From: Octopus sinensis
Taxonomy: Eukaryota
Reading direction: 5' to 3'
Length of the DNA stretch: 64,000 nucleotides
Assembly: GCF_006345805.1 (NCBI RefSeq)
Contig: NC_043008.1
Span: 12,896,001 to 12,960,000 of the forward strand
Below are positions 13,235 to 26,737 of this stretch, piece after piece. The notes beneath the pieces were generated by a model that was given only the letters and a program-made list of their open reading frames with translations, was not told where the DNA came from and searched no databases. Within the stretch, counting starts at the first letter, position 1, and each line of letters starts with the position of its first letter. The translations under genes were made by a program, and so were the position numbers.

Positions 13235-13267
<33 letters not shown>

Positions 13268-13304
13268 ATAATATATATATATATTATATATATATATATA
13301 ATAT

Positions 13305-13367
<63 letters not shown>

Positions 13368-13633
13368 TATGTTTGTGTATGTATGCATGTATGTATACCT
13401 GTATACGTACGTATATACAGTTGCATTTACCGAGGTTATTCTTTGGGAAGGAATTGAAGAGATCACATCTTGTGATAGGTTAGATCCCTTCCTTTAAACC
13501 TTGTCATGACGTTAGCTCCAAAGTTCGCCATTTAAAAAAAAAGAGAATTGGCACTAAAAATAATCTGAAGAAAAGTATATTACAGTTCTTAGTAGAAGTA
13601 GTATGAAGGTTTCATAAAATCTAGATTGGAGAC

Positions 13634-13695
13634 TCTCTCTTTTACTCTTTTACTTGTTTCAGTCATTTGACTGCAGCCATGATGGAGCACCGCCA
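13634..13695 (-). mobile_element. SINE family A 3' tail fragment
   Basis: ctcttttactcttttacttgtttcagtcatttgactgcagccatgatggagcaccgcc. Confidence 0.8.
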
Positions 13696-13699
13696 ACAG

Positions 13700-14250
13700 T
13701 AAAGAGTAATTTATTTACTTTTCCTTTGGAGCAGGAGACTTCAGATGTTTTTTGCTTCCATTTCTTGGACAAGCACTTGTCACATATTGCAGACATTGAG
13801 CCAATTGAAACTATGTTTTAGAAGCGTAGTCATGTCCCTATTCACGTTTCACCTACCGGATTTTCCACACCTGATGTTATCATGACCGATGGTCAGCTAT
13901 GCTTTTGTCGTGCCCCTATAGATTTTTGCCTGTCTTTTTTTTCATTCTTTATAGATTCAGGCTGTGAATGCGTAACATGTTTGACAGAAACTTGTTGAAG
14001 ACAACACTATTGTGCAGCAGGCACCTCTCGTTGATTGGTAGCAACAGGTTTCATAACAGTGTGTTCACAGCAAGCCTCATCTTTGCCGTTAATACCACCT
14101 CTTCTGTGATTTGCATTCCTGGTAGCATCGGTTTGCCGTCATTATTCTCGCTGCTCATCTGTCTCAGGTGCCCTTGGAACACTTCTGCAAATGGCAGCAG
14201 AGGCTGTTGTGTGACATCTTATTTCATGCCGTTATTAATAATGAAATAAC
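13700..14250 (-). pseudogene. Decayed Helitron RepHel N-terminal region
   Basis: 13707-13814 translates IVSIGSMSAICDKCLSKKWKQKTSEVSCSKGKVNKL, matching the Helitron V.IG.M...C..C...KW..E....CC..GKV motif. Upstream, RAPETDEQRE**RQTDATRNANHRR resembles the charged repeat region; many stops and frameshifts. Confidence 0.65.
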
Positions 14251-14804
14251 TTTTATGGCAAAATGCACATACAAGGAAACATCTCTTCGTGTCCGTAATG
14301 CTGAAATCGCGATTTTAACAGGCAAAAAAATAAAAAAATGATAAATAAATAATGGGAAAAAAGAAAGAAGCAGAAATAGATGAGTGACAAAGGTTATATT
14401 TTCAATTAAGATTAGAATGTAATATATTAAATACTAAAACAGGAAATCATAATAATCTGATGCCAGCGGGGCAGGTGTGGTGATGACATAAAGAAGAAAG
14501 GGGATAAAGAATAGGTGAAAAAATGCAAACATTCTCAAATATATAAAGGATTTCTATATAACTCTAGTTAGATCTCTCATTCTATTACCATTATTAGGCA
14601 GAATCGTGTTGGACAAAATGTGCTGCGGTATTTTTTTTTTCCTGACTTTACATTCTGAGTTCAAATTCTACTGATTGCGACCTTGGATTATTTTCTTTCG
14701 TGTCAATAATATAATTACCGGTCCAGCATTGGTGACGATGTAATCGCTTAGCTATCTTCTCCGAAATTTCAGACCCTTGAGACTATAGCAGAGAGAACAA
14801 TTAT

Positions 14805-14887
14805 CATCATCATCATCACCATCATCATCATCACCACCAACACCACCATCATCATCATCATCATCATCACCATCATCATCACCATCA

Positions 14888-14918
<31 letters not shown>

Positions 14919-15055
14919 CATTATCATCATCACCACCACCACCATCACCACCACCATCACCACCACCACAACCACCACCACCACAACCATCATCATCATC
15001 ATCATCATCATCATCATGAACATCATCATCACCATCGTCATCATCATCATCGTCG
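14805..15055. repeat. (CAT/CAC)n trinucleotide microsatellite
   Basis: Direct reading. Confidence 0.95.
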
Positions 15056-15199
15056 TCACCAATCTATTATATACTAATCTAACTAGCAGCAACTGTAGCT
15101 CGCGATTTTTTGACAAGTCGTCTCAAACCTCAAGAATATTTCACAAAACTCGTGCGGAATATAGAATGGTATATATATATATTATATATATATATATAT

Positions 15200-15233
<34 letters not shown>

Positions 15234-15593
15234 CTTAATCTATAATACGAATCTCAGTCCCGTTCTCTTTTAGGTAGCATTTTGAAAGTTAAACCAAGTG
15301 CAGCAATTACCCACAGGTAAAATTGTTGTCTTAGTGTTCTACAATCTATTCAGCTTTTTGGTTAGAACCTGATATTTCTCACATTTTTATCAATTTCTTT
15401 GGAATCAACTCGATTATCAGACGATATCATTTCACACTTATAGCATATGATTTTACACTGATAATTTTGCGCTCCATAATCATATCCGGTCTTCTTGCTT
15501 CAATATTGTTGACAGTCTTTGGGTATATATACATATGTGTATATATTTCATACACATGCACACACACATATATGCTTGCATCTCTCCCACGCT

Positions 15594-15672
<79 letters not shown>

Positions 15673-15839
15673 GTATATATATATATGTTTATGTATATAT
15701 ATATATGTATGTATATATATATATATACACATGTGTGTGTCTCTGTACATACAAGTATATATGAAGAATTTGTGATAAACGTAACTGTAGTATTACACAC
15801 GCACATATGCATATACCCACAGGCATCTACATGCCTATG

Positions 15840-15911
<72 letters not shown>

Positions 15912-16298
15912 AACACTCACCCATCTCAGATACAAGTGTCTCAGCATTATTCTATTTCCTCGCTCTCACTCATTCTCTCACTCTCTCACTCGTCCTCACC
16001 TCTATCTCTCTCTCTCACTCTCTCAATCGCTCTCGCTCTCTCCTTCCCCGTCTCGCTGCCGTAACTGTCGTACTCGTTCTAATTGCCAACACAGAATTAC
16101 CAACGAAGATACAGACCTTTGGCAACACCCACCAAAGGAAGCTTCCAGTAACTACTTCAGGTATTAACCTACAATTTGAGATATCTAATGAATGAGATAA
16201 GGTGTTATAAAAGATCCCATCGCAAATATGTTTATTAAATCTTCTGTGTTGACAATTTAATATAACCTCTTTCATCTGTTACATTCTCTGTCTCCCTT

Positions 16299-16336
<38 letters not shown>

Positions 16337-17924
16337 TCAATCCTCCATTTTAACTCGGGAACACTTGGGTTTGCTATAATGACAACACTCATCAATCATT
16401 GATGTCGCAGATTATAGTTCATCCCAACGTCAGCTCTGGCAAATATCATATTACCAAACATATTGGCCTGCCGCCTCTTCATTGTTCCCAAATATCCATA
16501 GTTATAGATATTATATTTTACTGGTCTTAAACGTTTAGAAGCGTCTTCCTCTTGATAGAGAACAACTTTCAGCATGAAATAACGAAACCTAACATTATCT
16601 ATGTTATCTATCCAACATATTCGTTGGCTTGACATCTTCGAATGTGTAAATTATAATTCAGTTATGGCCATTGACGTAAGGGCTTCGTGCAATAATAACA
16701 ATCAAATTTTAAGGAAATGACTCCGTTTTCAGAAATAGAAGCTATATTCTGTATTGGAAATAGCTTCGATTATTACGGCCGGGTCAAATGATATATGAGC
16801 TTAATATTGTAGGCATGAATCCTCAATAAATTGAGATAGTAAAGCATATAATCAGATATTGGAAAAGCTCATTTCCCAGATTTACAGCAATTGACTAAAA
16901 TAACTGCAGACACCTGACAAATCTGATTAATTTCACACGCTACAGAAACAAAACCTTGTGGTGAGAAGACGTATTGTTATATTTTAGTTCTGAAATAAAG
17001 TGAAGCTGAATTGGTATATACGTTCTAAGAGAAACAAAAACTCGCAGGAATAAAGTATTTCACAATTAGATACACGTTACATTCAATTTACCGCAGTAGA
17101 TTTATAATTAGAAAAATATAAATGGGAGCTGGCACAAACACTCAGAATATTGAAGCTTTATTATTTTCGTTTACGTAACCATCATGTTTGGACTTCCTGA
17201 TAGAAGGAAATAACTGATGTAATATTAGCTTTTTTTGTTGTATTTAGTGAGGAACAACAAGCAGCTGTTATATAAATGTATGATAGAAAAAATACAAATT
17301 GTAAATGATTTGCTAGTTGGAAGATATGTAAAGCAATTTGTTTTATGTACTTGTGATGTTCACAAACTTGTGAAACGTTGAATAGTTTTTAACTATCCGG
17401 TTAATCGTAATTACATACTTATATCATATTTTCTCGCCATGTAAATTTTTAAAAGGGTTTGTTCTTTTAGATAAAATTCCTTACATATTTGGTGTTAAAT
17501 AATATTTTATAAGCACTGTATTTAAACCATACAAGCGTGGATCTGCGGCGCGTTGTATAATGTCATAATGGTTCTGTAAGTCAAAATACAAATGGTAATC
17601 TAAGAGATTCACAAAAGTTTTATATTTTTAAATGTATGAATATTTACTCGACAATTTGAATATTATATTAGACAATGATTATGAATTAATATTACATGAT
17701 AATTAAATAACTGAGATAACATTATGTCCAAAATTCATCACTGTCCAGTTAGCAAAGCATAAATGGATTTGAATTTTCATATTAGTTTCAAATCTCAGAA
17801 AACACCGAACAATCTCTGGAGGAAGAAAGTCGATTACTGTGCTATCGACCACGAAAGCATGAGAAGCAAAGTCGATCTCGAAAGAATTTGAACTCAGAGA
17901 CAGACAAAATGATGTTAAGTATTT

Positions 17925-19150
17925 TGTCTAGCGTTTTAACAAATCTTCCGGCTCGACGCATTGCTTTGAATCTACATATCACGATGCGATTTATGTAGAG
18001 GTAAATTTTTCAACGTATCAAAGGAATGTTACTTTTTTTAAAGCTATGCACAATGTCGAAAATATATGAAAATTAGCACAGAAAAAAATTACACTGATAT
18101 TTGAATTGCGCTATATTTAAGCGACAATTAATTCTTATTTCGGTTGTGTGAAGTTTAATTTCCCGTAGTTTTAGTAAAATTAAAACTATAATTAAAAAGA
18201 ATAATTATTCTCTAGAAAGCTAGAATTAACAACTTAGAATTAACATCTTCAATAAAATAATCTATTTTATTTGGTGCGTAGGTGTGACATAATGTTGATA
18301 GAAGCAACACTCTCTTAAAGTAACGTTATTATCGTTAATCTATATAATAATATTATATAAACGTGGAGGCGCAATGGCCCAGTGGTTAGGGCAGCGAACT
18401 CGCTGTCATAGGATCGTGGTGTTGATTTCCAGACCGGGCGTTGTGAGCGTTTATTGTGTGGTGGCGAACCTTGCTGTAATCATTCACCACCACTTACTTA
18501 TATTAACCTTATTTCAAAAAGACAGCCTTGTCACGCTGAATCTCACAAGAACTACGTTAAGGGTACATGTGTCAGTGGACTGTTCAGCCAGTTGCACGTT
18601 AATTTATATAGATACTTTAGAATTTGTAAACCGATAATGTTTTCTGCTACTGCAAAACCTCTTTTTGGCAGCAACAGTAAACTAGAAGTTGAAAACATGT
18701 CAATAACACTAAACTCGTTCTAACGATTCTTCCGGCTCGACGAGTTACTTTGAATACCAGTAATACGATGCAATTTATGCAGGGATAATTATGTTCCAAA
18801 TTACAAAAGGAATTTTAATTAGCCATACTTTTCTTACGTATAACACTGTCCAAAATATAATATTAAATTTAGCGCAGAAAAGCCAAATGATACTGACTTT
18901 TGAATTGCACAAACATTTAATCAAATTGATATTTTTATATTCGTTGTAGGTGTTTAATATCGCATAGTTTTACTAAATTTGAAACTATAATTAAAAGAAA
19001 TTATTTACTGTAAACAACAATTAACAACTTACAATTGACGCCTGCAATATGCTAATGTATTTTAATTTGCGTGTGACGTAATGTTATTAGAAGTAGCATC
19101 TCTGCTAAGGTCACAATTTCGTCGGTAGTCTACATAATGATATTACACGA
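17925..19150 (+). repeat. Old tandem duplication (~430 bp x2) with a SINE between the copies
   Basis: cttccggctcgacg..ctttgaat..cgatgc.atttatg..tttgaattgc..aaactataattaaaa..aattaacaactta.aatt..gtgtgac.taatgtt is collinear at 17945-18360 and 18729-19150. Confidence 0.75.
18365..18608 (+). mobile_element. tRNA-derived SINE family C (internally deleted)
   Basis: Head ggaggcgcaatggcccagtggttagggcagcg..gttgatttcc (A and B boxes); body cttgtcac..gaactacgttaagggtac..gcacg shared with 31855-32145. Confidence 0.75.
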
Positions 19151-19277
19151 AATATTAGTCGAAACCAGGTAACTCCGGTACTTATTATTTCACTGTCTTT
19201 TGCCGAAACGCTAAGTAAAGTGGGAAAATCACAGACACACACACACACACACACACCACACACACACACACACACAC

Positions 19278-19341
<64 letters not shown>

Positions 19342-19446
19342 GCATATACATATATATATATATGTATGTATATATATATGTATATATATATGTAAATATA
19401 TATAAATTTATATACATGTATGCAATATATATATATATATATATAT

Positions 19447-19554
19447 CACCGTGACAGACCAGACTATCAGATGTTGCTGCGCATCGCTAGTCACAATGCA
19501 CTTCACATTGTTTTAGCCTTCAAATGACGCCACCCCGCTGGCTAAGCGAGCAGG

Positions 19555-19558
<4 letters not shown>
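19447..19558 (-). mobile_element. Short GC-richer dispersed-repeat fragment in (TA)n, probably a LINE 3' end
   Basis: tcaccgtgacagaccagactatcagatgttgc..gccaccccgctggctaagcgagcaggccaa between two (TA)n runs. Recognised from recall only; single copy here. Confidence 0.4.
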
Positions 19559-19590
<32 letters not shown>

Positions 19591-19949
19591 TACAAATGTA
19601 TAGAGAGAGAGTGGAAGATAGACAGAGTGAGTCAACGATTGATATTCAGATATGCTCAATAAGTGAGCAGATAACAAACTCAAAGTGGTACCTTAATCAA
19701 GTGAACTCAAAGTCTGAAATCTTTGCAGTAAGGCACGACGATAAGAAGCTTGGTCAGTTGATATGGATATAATAGTGTAAGTAAAGAAATAATCACCTGG
19801 ATATTTTCGGTTGCTGTTTCTGTATATCTCACTATATATTTAGAAGCACACACACACACACGTGCATATTTTATATATCAAAATCAGACGTGTGTGTTTA
19901 TTTGCATCATTATCGCTCTCTGTATCTCTCTTTATATATATATACATTA

Positions 19950-20365
19950 AAGGCGGCGAGCTGGCAGAAACGTTAGCACGCCGGGCGAAATGCGTAGCCG
20001 TATTTCGTCTGCCGTTACGTTCTGAGTTCAAATTCCGCCGAGGTCGACTTTGCCTTTCATCCTTTCGGGATCGATTAAATAAGTACCAGGTATGCACTGC
20101 GGTCGATATAATCGACTTAATCCGTTTGTCTGTCCTTGTTTGTCCCCTCTGTGTTTAGCCCTTGTGGGTAATAAAGAAATAGGTATTTCGTCTGCCATTA
20201 CGTTCTGAGTTCAAATTCCGCCGAGGTCGACTTTGCCTTTTATCCCTTCGGGGTCGATAAATTAAGTACCACTTACGCACTGGGGTCGATGTAATCGACT
20301 TAATCCGTTTGTCTGTCCTTGTTTTTCCCCTCTGTGTTTAGCCCCTGGTGGGTAGTAAAGAAATA
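19950..20365 (+). mobile_element. tRNA-derived SINE family B, head-to-tail dimer (full + 5'-truncated copy)
   Basis: aaggcggcgagctggcagaaacgttagc..gagttcaaattcc..aataaagaaata (19950-20181), then a restart at ggtatttcgtctgcc (20182-20365). Confidence 0.9.
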
Positions 20366-20840
20366 TATATATACATACAACACACACAGGGACACATACA
20401 CTTATATACATACAGACACACATACATCCATAGATGTATACCTACCTGCCTACTTACCTAGATACCGACCTACCTCCTTTCTTGCATACATACATAATAC
20501 ATACATACATACATACATACATACATACATAATACATACATACATGCATACACACATACATGTACTGTAGGGTAAGTGAGACATGCAGATTGCTGGTAAG
20601 ACTAACACAAGTTAATATGCTATATAAAGCTGTTGATGTACAAGTTAGTATTAGATTCATCATTGTTATGCAGTTCGTAACTCAGTGCACCATATAATAA
20701 GAAACACTAGAGGTGAAGATCTTCACGTAAGCATCTTGAGTGACACATGAATATTATTTGTTCTATCTAACGCAGAAAGATAATATTGATTACAATTGTG
20801 CTCGCAATCAGATTTGTGAGGAAGTTATTTCAGTCTCTAG

Positions 20841-20891
<51 letters not shown>

Positions 20892-21329
20892 GGTATATAT
20901 ATATAATATATATATTATGTAGGTATATATATATAATATATATAATATATATATACCATAGTGATGAAAAGCTACGTAGAATGTAAGCGTACGAGATATC
21001 GTCGAAACTAGACATTGGAAAGTATTTAGTATAGAAAATTATTTCCGCTGCTACAAACAAATAACTCTGATGGTAGTTGCTAAAATGATTTTACGTTTGC
21101 CTCTTAGCTATTTGAAGAAGTTAATTAAATGAAATAGTTAATTACATAGTATGTAACGACTTAGTAATTAATATCTGCCATGAGTTAGCTTTTTTTTTAT
21201 CGAGAATTTATGCGTAGGTAGGTAGGTAGGTTATAGAAGCACTGTTTGGGAGTAGCGGTTAGTATTACCACTTGGAAATTATTAGTATTAGCGGTTAGTA
21301 TTACCACTTAGCGGTTAGTATTACCATAT

Positions 21330-21549
21330 TGGCAGAAACCTTAGCACGCCGGGCGAAATGCTTAGCGGTATTTCGTCTGCGTTACGTTGTGAGTTCAAAT
21401 TCTGCCGAGGTTGACTTTGCCTTTCATCCTTTCGGGGTCGATAAATTAAGTACCAGTTACGCACTGGGGTCAATGTAATCGACTTAATACCTATGTCTGT
21501 CCTTGTTTGTCCCGTTTGTGTTTAGCCCCTTGTGGGTAATAACGAAATA
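21330..21549 (+). mobile_element. SINE family B with target-site duplication ggttagtattacca
   Basis: Family B body; ggttagtattacca immediately upstream (three copies) and at 21550. Confidence 0.88.
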
Positions 21550-22279
21550 GGTTAGTATTACCACTTGTCTTTCCTCCGTATTTCATGGGAAGAAAATATA
21601 GAAACTATTGCAGTATCACGTGAAAGTGGAGATAGGTGAATATTTGCCGCAGAATTCATGCACAGGATTGTCTTGTATAATGTACCAGAGTGAAAATCAA
21701 TGCTATAAAAGTGAGTAGGGTGTTGTAAAATATAGTTTGCTCAAAAGTAAGTGAACTGTATATTACTTTTCTACTAGAAGGACAGACAGCATGAAAATCT
21801 AAACTGTATGTTGTGGATTTATTACGACAGATACTTAATTTTGACAATAGGCAAGAATTTATTTCAATCAACATACAACCACAGCTTTATGGAAGCCAGT
21901 GTACACAGAATAAAAGTAAACAGAACCATACAAATGAAACTACAAAACTAAAACAAAAGTAAACATTACAAATCTGGACAATATATAAATGGTTAAAGTA
22001 GGAATATGGTACAAGTCTCTGCAGTCGGTCGCTCCTGCAATTCATAGGAAAACACAAACACATGCACACATAAATACAGTAACACACACACACATACACA
22101 CACATACATATAAATATAGACAGGGAAATCTACAAGGATCTCAAAGTGGTTTCATATATGTGAAAGACGTTATATATATATTTATGTTTCCACTGAGAAA
22201 ACATAATTTTTGCTGATGTCACTTTCCAGAGCAGTAAAACAAGCATACTTAGAAACAAACAAACTGTAAGAAAAAAAAA

Positions 22280-22887
22280 CCTTCGGTCAGGGGATTGCTC
22301 CTAAAATGATACTCAGTGAGGGACAAATCTAAGCAAAGTTGTTTATGGAAGACCAGTGGTCGCCCACGCATTCCAACCACCCATCTCTACGCCACTGATG
22401 TTATCCAAGGGAAAGGCAAAGACTTCTACAGCCTTGTACCAGTGACGTTGCAACTCATTTCTTCAGCCGAGAGAACTGGAACGTGAAATAAAATGTCTTG
22501 CTCAAGAACAAACACACAGCCTGGTTCTGGAATATATATATGTATATAGGATTAAGGCTGCCTTTGGTCATGAATAACAATAACCTAGAAAGTTACCCTC
22601 CAACGAACAAGTACGGGCAAGGTTGTTTGTGGAAGACCAGCTGTCCCCGATGAATAGCAAGGTCGCTTCTCCTTGCCACCGATGTTGTCCAAGGGAAAGG
22701 CCAAGACCGATACAGATTGGCACCAGTGACCTCAGAACTCATTTCTACGGCTGAGTGAACTGGAGCAAAGCAACGAGAAATAAAGTGTCTTGCTCAAGAA
22801 CACAACACGCAGCCCAGTCCAGGAAGCGAACTCATTACCTCCTGATTGTAAACCCGACGCTCTAAACATGGAGTCACGCGCCTTCAC
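22280..22887 (-). mobile_element. Two tandem copies of tRNA-derived SINE family D (22280-22532 partial, 22549-22887 full)
   Basis: Both share gcaaggttgttt.tggaagaccag..ccaagggaaaggc..aaataaagtgtcttgctcaagaacac with 43242-43593; head gtgaaggcgc on minus. Confidence 0.85.
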
Positions 22888-23538
22888 AAACGCACATACA
22901 CACACCTTTTTATAGTGAGCATATTGTGCATAATATGCATATGTGTGTGTATATATATATACTTGCATGCAAAGGGCTATAGCACAGCTTCCGCTGAGAA
23001 ACCATTATGTTCAACCTAGTCTCTCATGAGATGCTGACATTTATACAAGGTACCACATACTGAGTCGGAAACCGCAACTACGTGTTAGCATAATGTACAC
23101 GACACACAGTCCCTCATGTACATATATACGCATGATTTCAACGTTGTGTTGTAGGTTGGTTTACTTGATATTTATACTGTGTTTATTTCGGTTTTCGTGA
23201 ATGATATTTAAACATTTTCCGTTAAGATATTTTCAAGAGTTTTCTTGTTTTTTGTGGGGGTATAAAAAAATGTTATTTATGGGAGGTCTAAGTGTTACTC
23301 AAAAAGTAACGGTTAGCTTTCGTGAGAAATAAAGTTAACAGAATCTGAGGGCACCATTATACAGAGTTCTCATTTTTCATTGCTTTATATTTTAGTAATT
23401 ACATACGTTTAGAAACACGTTTCATTTAGGTTAGCGATGTAATCAGGTATCACCATCATTATGTATATAAATAAAAAAACTCATCACACACCCACACAAA
23501 CATATAGGCATACACACATATGCATATATGTATATGTA

Positions 23539-23576
<38 letters not shown>

Positions 23577-23597
23577 TCATATATCATGTATGCATAT

Positions 23598-23631
<34 letters not shown>

Positions 23632-23663
23632 ATATATATAATATATATATATATTCATATATA

Positions 23664-23714
<51 letters not shown>

Positions 23715-23741
23715 TATATATTATATATATATATATATATA

Positions 23742-23795
<54 letters not shown>

Positions 23796-23810
23796 GTATA
23801 TATATATATA

Positions 23811-24020
23811 GCGTGGGGAGCTGGCAGAAACACGCCGGGCGAAATGCTTAGCCACATTTCGCCTGTCTTTACGTTCTGAGTTCAAATTCTGCCGAGGTCG
23901 ACTATGTCTTTCATTCTTTCGAGGTCGATAAATTAATTACTATTCGCGTCCTGGGATCGATCTAATCGACTTGCCCCCTCCCCCCAAATGTTGGTCTTTG
24001 TATGCCTAGAGTAGAAAAGA
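23811..24020 (+). mobile_element. SINE family B variant with a different 3' tail
   Basis: gagctggcagaa..gagttcaaattctgccgaggtcgact..; tail ttgccccctcccccaaat..tgcctagagtagaaaaga. Confidence 0.8.
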
Positions 24021-24079
24021 TATATATATTTATATACTTGTATTATATATATATGTATATTTATATATATGTTTATATA

Positions 24080-24122
<43 letters not shown>

Positions 24123-24155
24123 ATGTGTGTCTATTAAATATATATATGTGAGTAT

Positions 24156-24384
24156 AAGGCGGCGAGCTGGCAGAATCGTTAGCACGCCGAGGAAAATGCG
24201 CTGCCGTATTTCGTCTGCCGTTACGTTGAGAGTTCAAAGCCGAGGTCGACTTTGCCTTTCATATTTTCGGATTCGATAAATTAAGTACCAGTTGTGCACT
24301 GGGGTTCATGTAATCGACTTAATCTTTTTGTCTGTCCATGTTTGTCACCTCTATGTTTAGCCCGTTGTGGGCAATAAAGAAATA
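24156..24384 (+). mobile_element. SINE family B
   Basis: Full head to aataaagaaata. Confidence 0.88.
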
Positions 24385-24577
24385 TATATATTTGTGTATT
24401 ATATACACAAATACATATGCATGTATTAGAGAAAAAATCTATCAGAAAGGAACTCTATCTCTCTTAAAAAATATCTTTTGATAAGCATAACAAATGCGCA
24501 ACCGGTAAAAAGAACTTTCACCTAACTAAATACACTCTCCCTTACTTAAATTATTTTGTCAGCATTTTCTTCATTTT

Positions 24578-24654
<77 letters not shown>

Positions 24655-25129
24655 GTATATTGTGTGTATATATGCATTATATGTGTGTTTGTGCGGGGGT
24701 GGCGAGGAAAATATATAAAAGTCTGGCACAAACCGACTATCAGACGAAATTTTGTTGCAACTCTTCCACCTCTGGGGTTCTTTAAGATTATTCTTTCCTT
24801 CATTCATATATTCGCTTAGTTCATATTTTCCACCTTGTATACATTGGCATCCATCGATGTAGCTGTTGCTTCCCTCCATATATTTTACATCTTTTTGGCG
24901 ATGTTTCTATTTAGTAAATACCTCAGAAACATATGTAAAACCACAAGACATTCCCCCTGCGTGAAAAAGGACAGGAATTAGCATTTCCTTCTTTCTCTCT
25001 ATTTCTATCGTTCTCCGGTAGTGAGGCACATAGACTGTACACGCACATACACACATGCATATGTAGGTAAGTACATATATATATATATATTCATGTTTAT
25101 ATATATGTATATATATGTGTGTGTGTACC

Positions 25130-25162
<33 letters not shown>

Positions 25163-25195
25163 ACTTACCTACATACAAATATACATACAAACATA

Positions 25196-25235
<40 letters not shown>

Positions 25236-25365
25236 CATACATACATACACATATATACTTATGTACATATATGTGTATATATATATATACACTCAAAAAC
25301 ATATATATTTGTATTTACGCATTCAACATATAATTACATATAATCATACACACTTCGACACGTGT

Positions 25366-25397
<32 letters not shown>

Positions 25398-25762
25398 TTA
25401 TGTCTGTGTGTGTGTGTGTTAATGTGCATATATGTGTGAGTGTGTATGTGAGAGAGAAGGGGAGATAGAGAATGATGAGAAATACAAAAATTACAGAAAT
25501 GTTTTTAAATGTGAGACTCGGCGTGAAGCTGTTTGAAATGAATTTTTATTCTTCAAAGCTATAAACAACCTCCCACTCGTGTTAGATTCTCCGTCAATCT
25601 CGACGATGATTATTCAGTTGTTTCACCAATAGAATTCCTATTCGCGAAACTTTGCACCAGTGTTTCAATAATCCCCATTCACGTGCTCTATTAATGTGAT
25701 TATTTGGCCCAAATTACTGTGATATCATATGACAACGTAGGATCATTGAAATTGATACAGAA

Positions 25763-26160
25763 CTAGCAGTATCGCCCGGCGTTGCTCGGGTTTGTAAGGG
25801 AAATAACTATATAAGCATTTTTAGAGTGTTATAGCCAAAAAATAGCAAAAAAATGCATTAAAAATGGGAAAAAAATGATGGTAAATTTTTTTTTAATCGT
25901 TGACTCATCGTAGACATTTTTAGAGAGTTACTTCCCCTTATATAATAGCGACAAAATGCATTAAAATGGAAAAAAATTATGGTAATTTTCTTTTTAAATC
26001 TTAGACTCTGCGTAGACGCGCGCTAATACCCAGAAGGGCTCGATATGAATCACTACTATAAGATACCCAGTTTTGGTTAAACTGCACCGCAAAATGTGAG
26101 AGTAGTTAGGAATCTAAATCGTAGGAGACAGACACACAACCTCTCTTTTATATATAAAGA
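25763..26160 (-). mobile_element. Non-autonomous Helitron with canonical termini
   Basis: Minus strand A|TCtttatatataaaagag ... cccgagcaacgccggg (hairpin) cgatactgCTAG|T; insertion between A and T, no TSD. Confidence 0.85.
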
Positions 26161-26486
26161 TAATGTTGTATAATAATGAAGCACTAATACGAATCCTGAG
26201 ATAGTTGTCTGTCCCCTTGTCTGTCCTTTTGTGTCCCCTCTATGATTAGCCCCCTTGTGGACAATAAAGAATCGTGAGATGGTTGTCATCTGCACACAGT
26301 TTTGTGTCAGAACGGGAAAGAGAAGTGTGAATACGCAAGGCTCAAATCAAAATAAAGCGGAAGAGAAGAATAAAAGGGCAATGTCAAGTTATATGGTGGA
26401 TCTCCATATCACGTCTGATACCACTGTCACGCACTTTACAGCAATTTTCTTATTGTTTATAGGAAGATGACACCAGACAATTCACA

Positions 26487-26710
26487 GAAAATTGGTTTCA
26501 AATTTTGGCATAAGGGCCCGGCAATTTCACGGGGGAGGGGCTAATTCCATTAAATCGACTCTTCTGCTCGACTGGTACTTATTTCATCGACCCTGAAAGA
26601 ATAAAAGATAAATCGACGTCGGTGGAATTTGAACTCAGAACTAAATAAAAATGAAATTTCACTAAGGGTTTTCCCCGGCTTGCTAACGATTTTGTCAGCT
26701 CACCGTCTTA
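26487..26710 (-). mobile_element. SINE family B-related, degenerate
   Basis: ggtacttatttcatcgaccc.gaaag..ggaatttgaactcagaac..gctaacgattttgtcagctcaccgtctt. Confidence 0.7.
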
Positions 26711-26737
26711 CAATTGGCAGAATATTGGTTTCAAATT

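Noticed and set aside
16040-16176. Possible non-coding exon ending CAG|GTATTA after a CT-rich tract
   Set aside because: Splice-like motif alone is insufficient.
18365-18440. tRNA genes (also heads at 27019, 19950, 43520-43593)
   Set aside because: A/B boxes continue into repeated SINE bodies; no complete cloverleaf.
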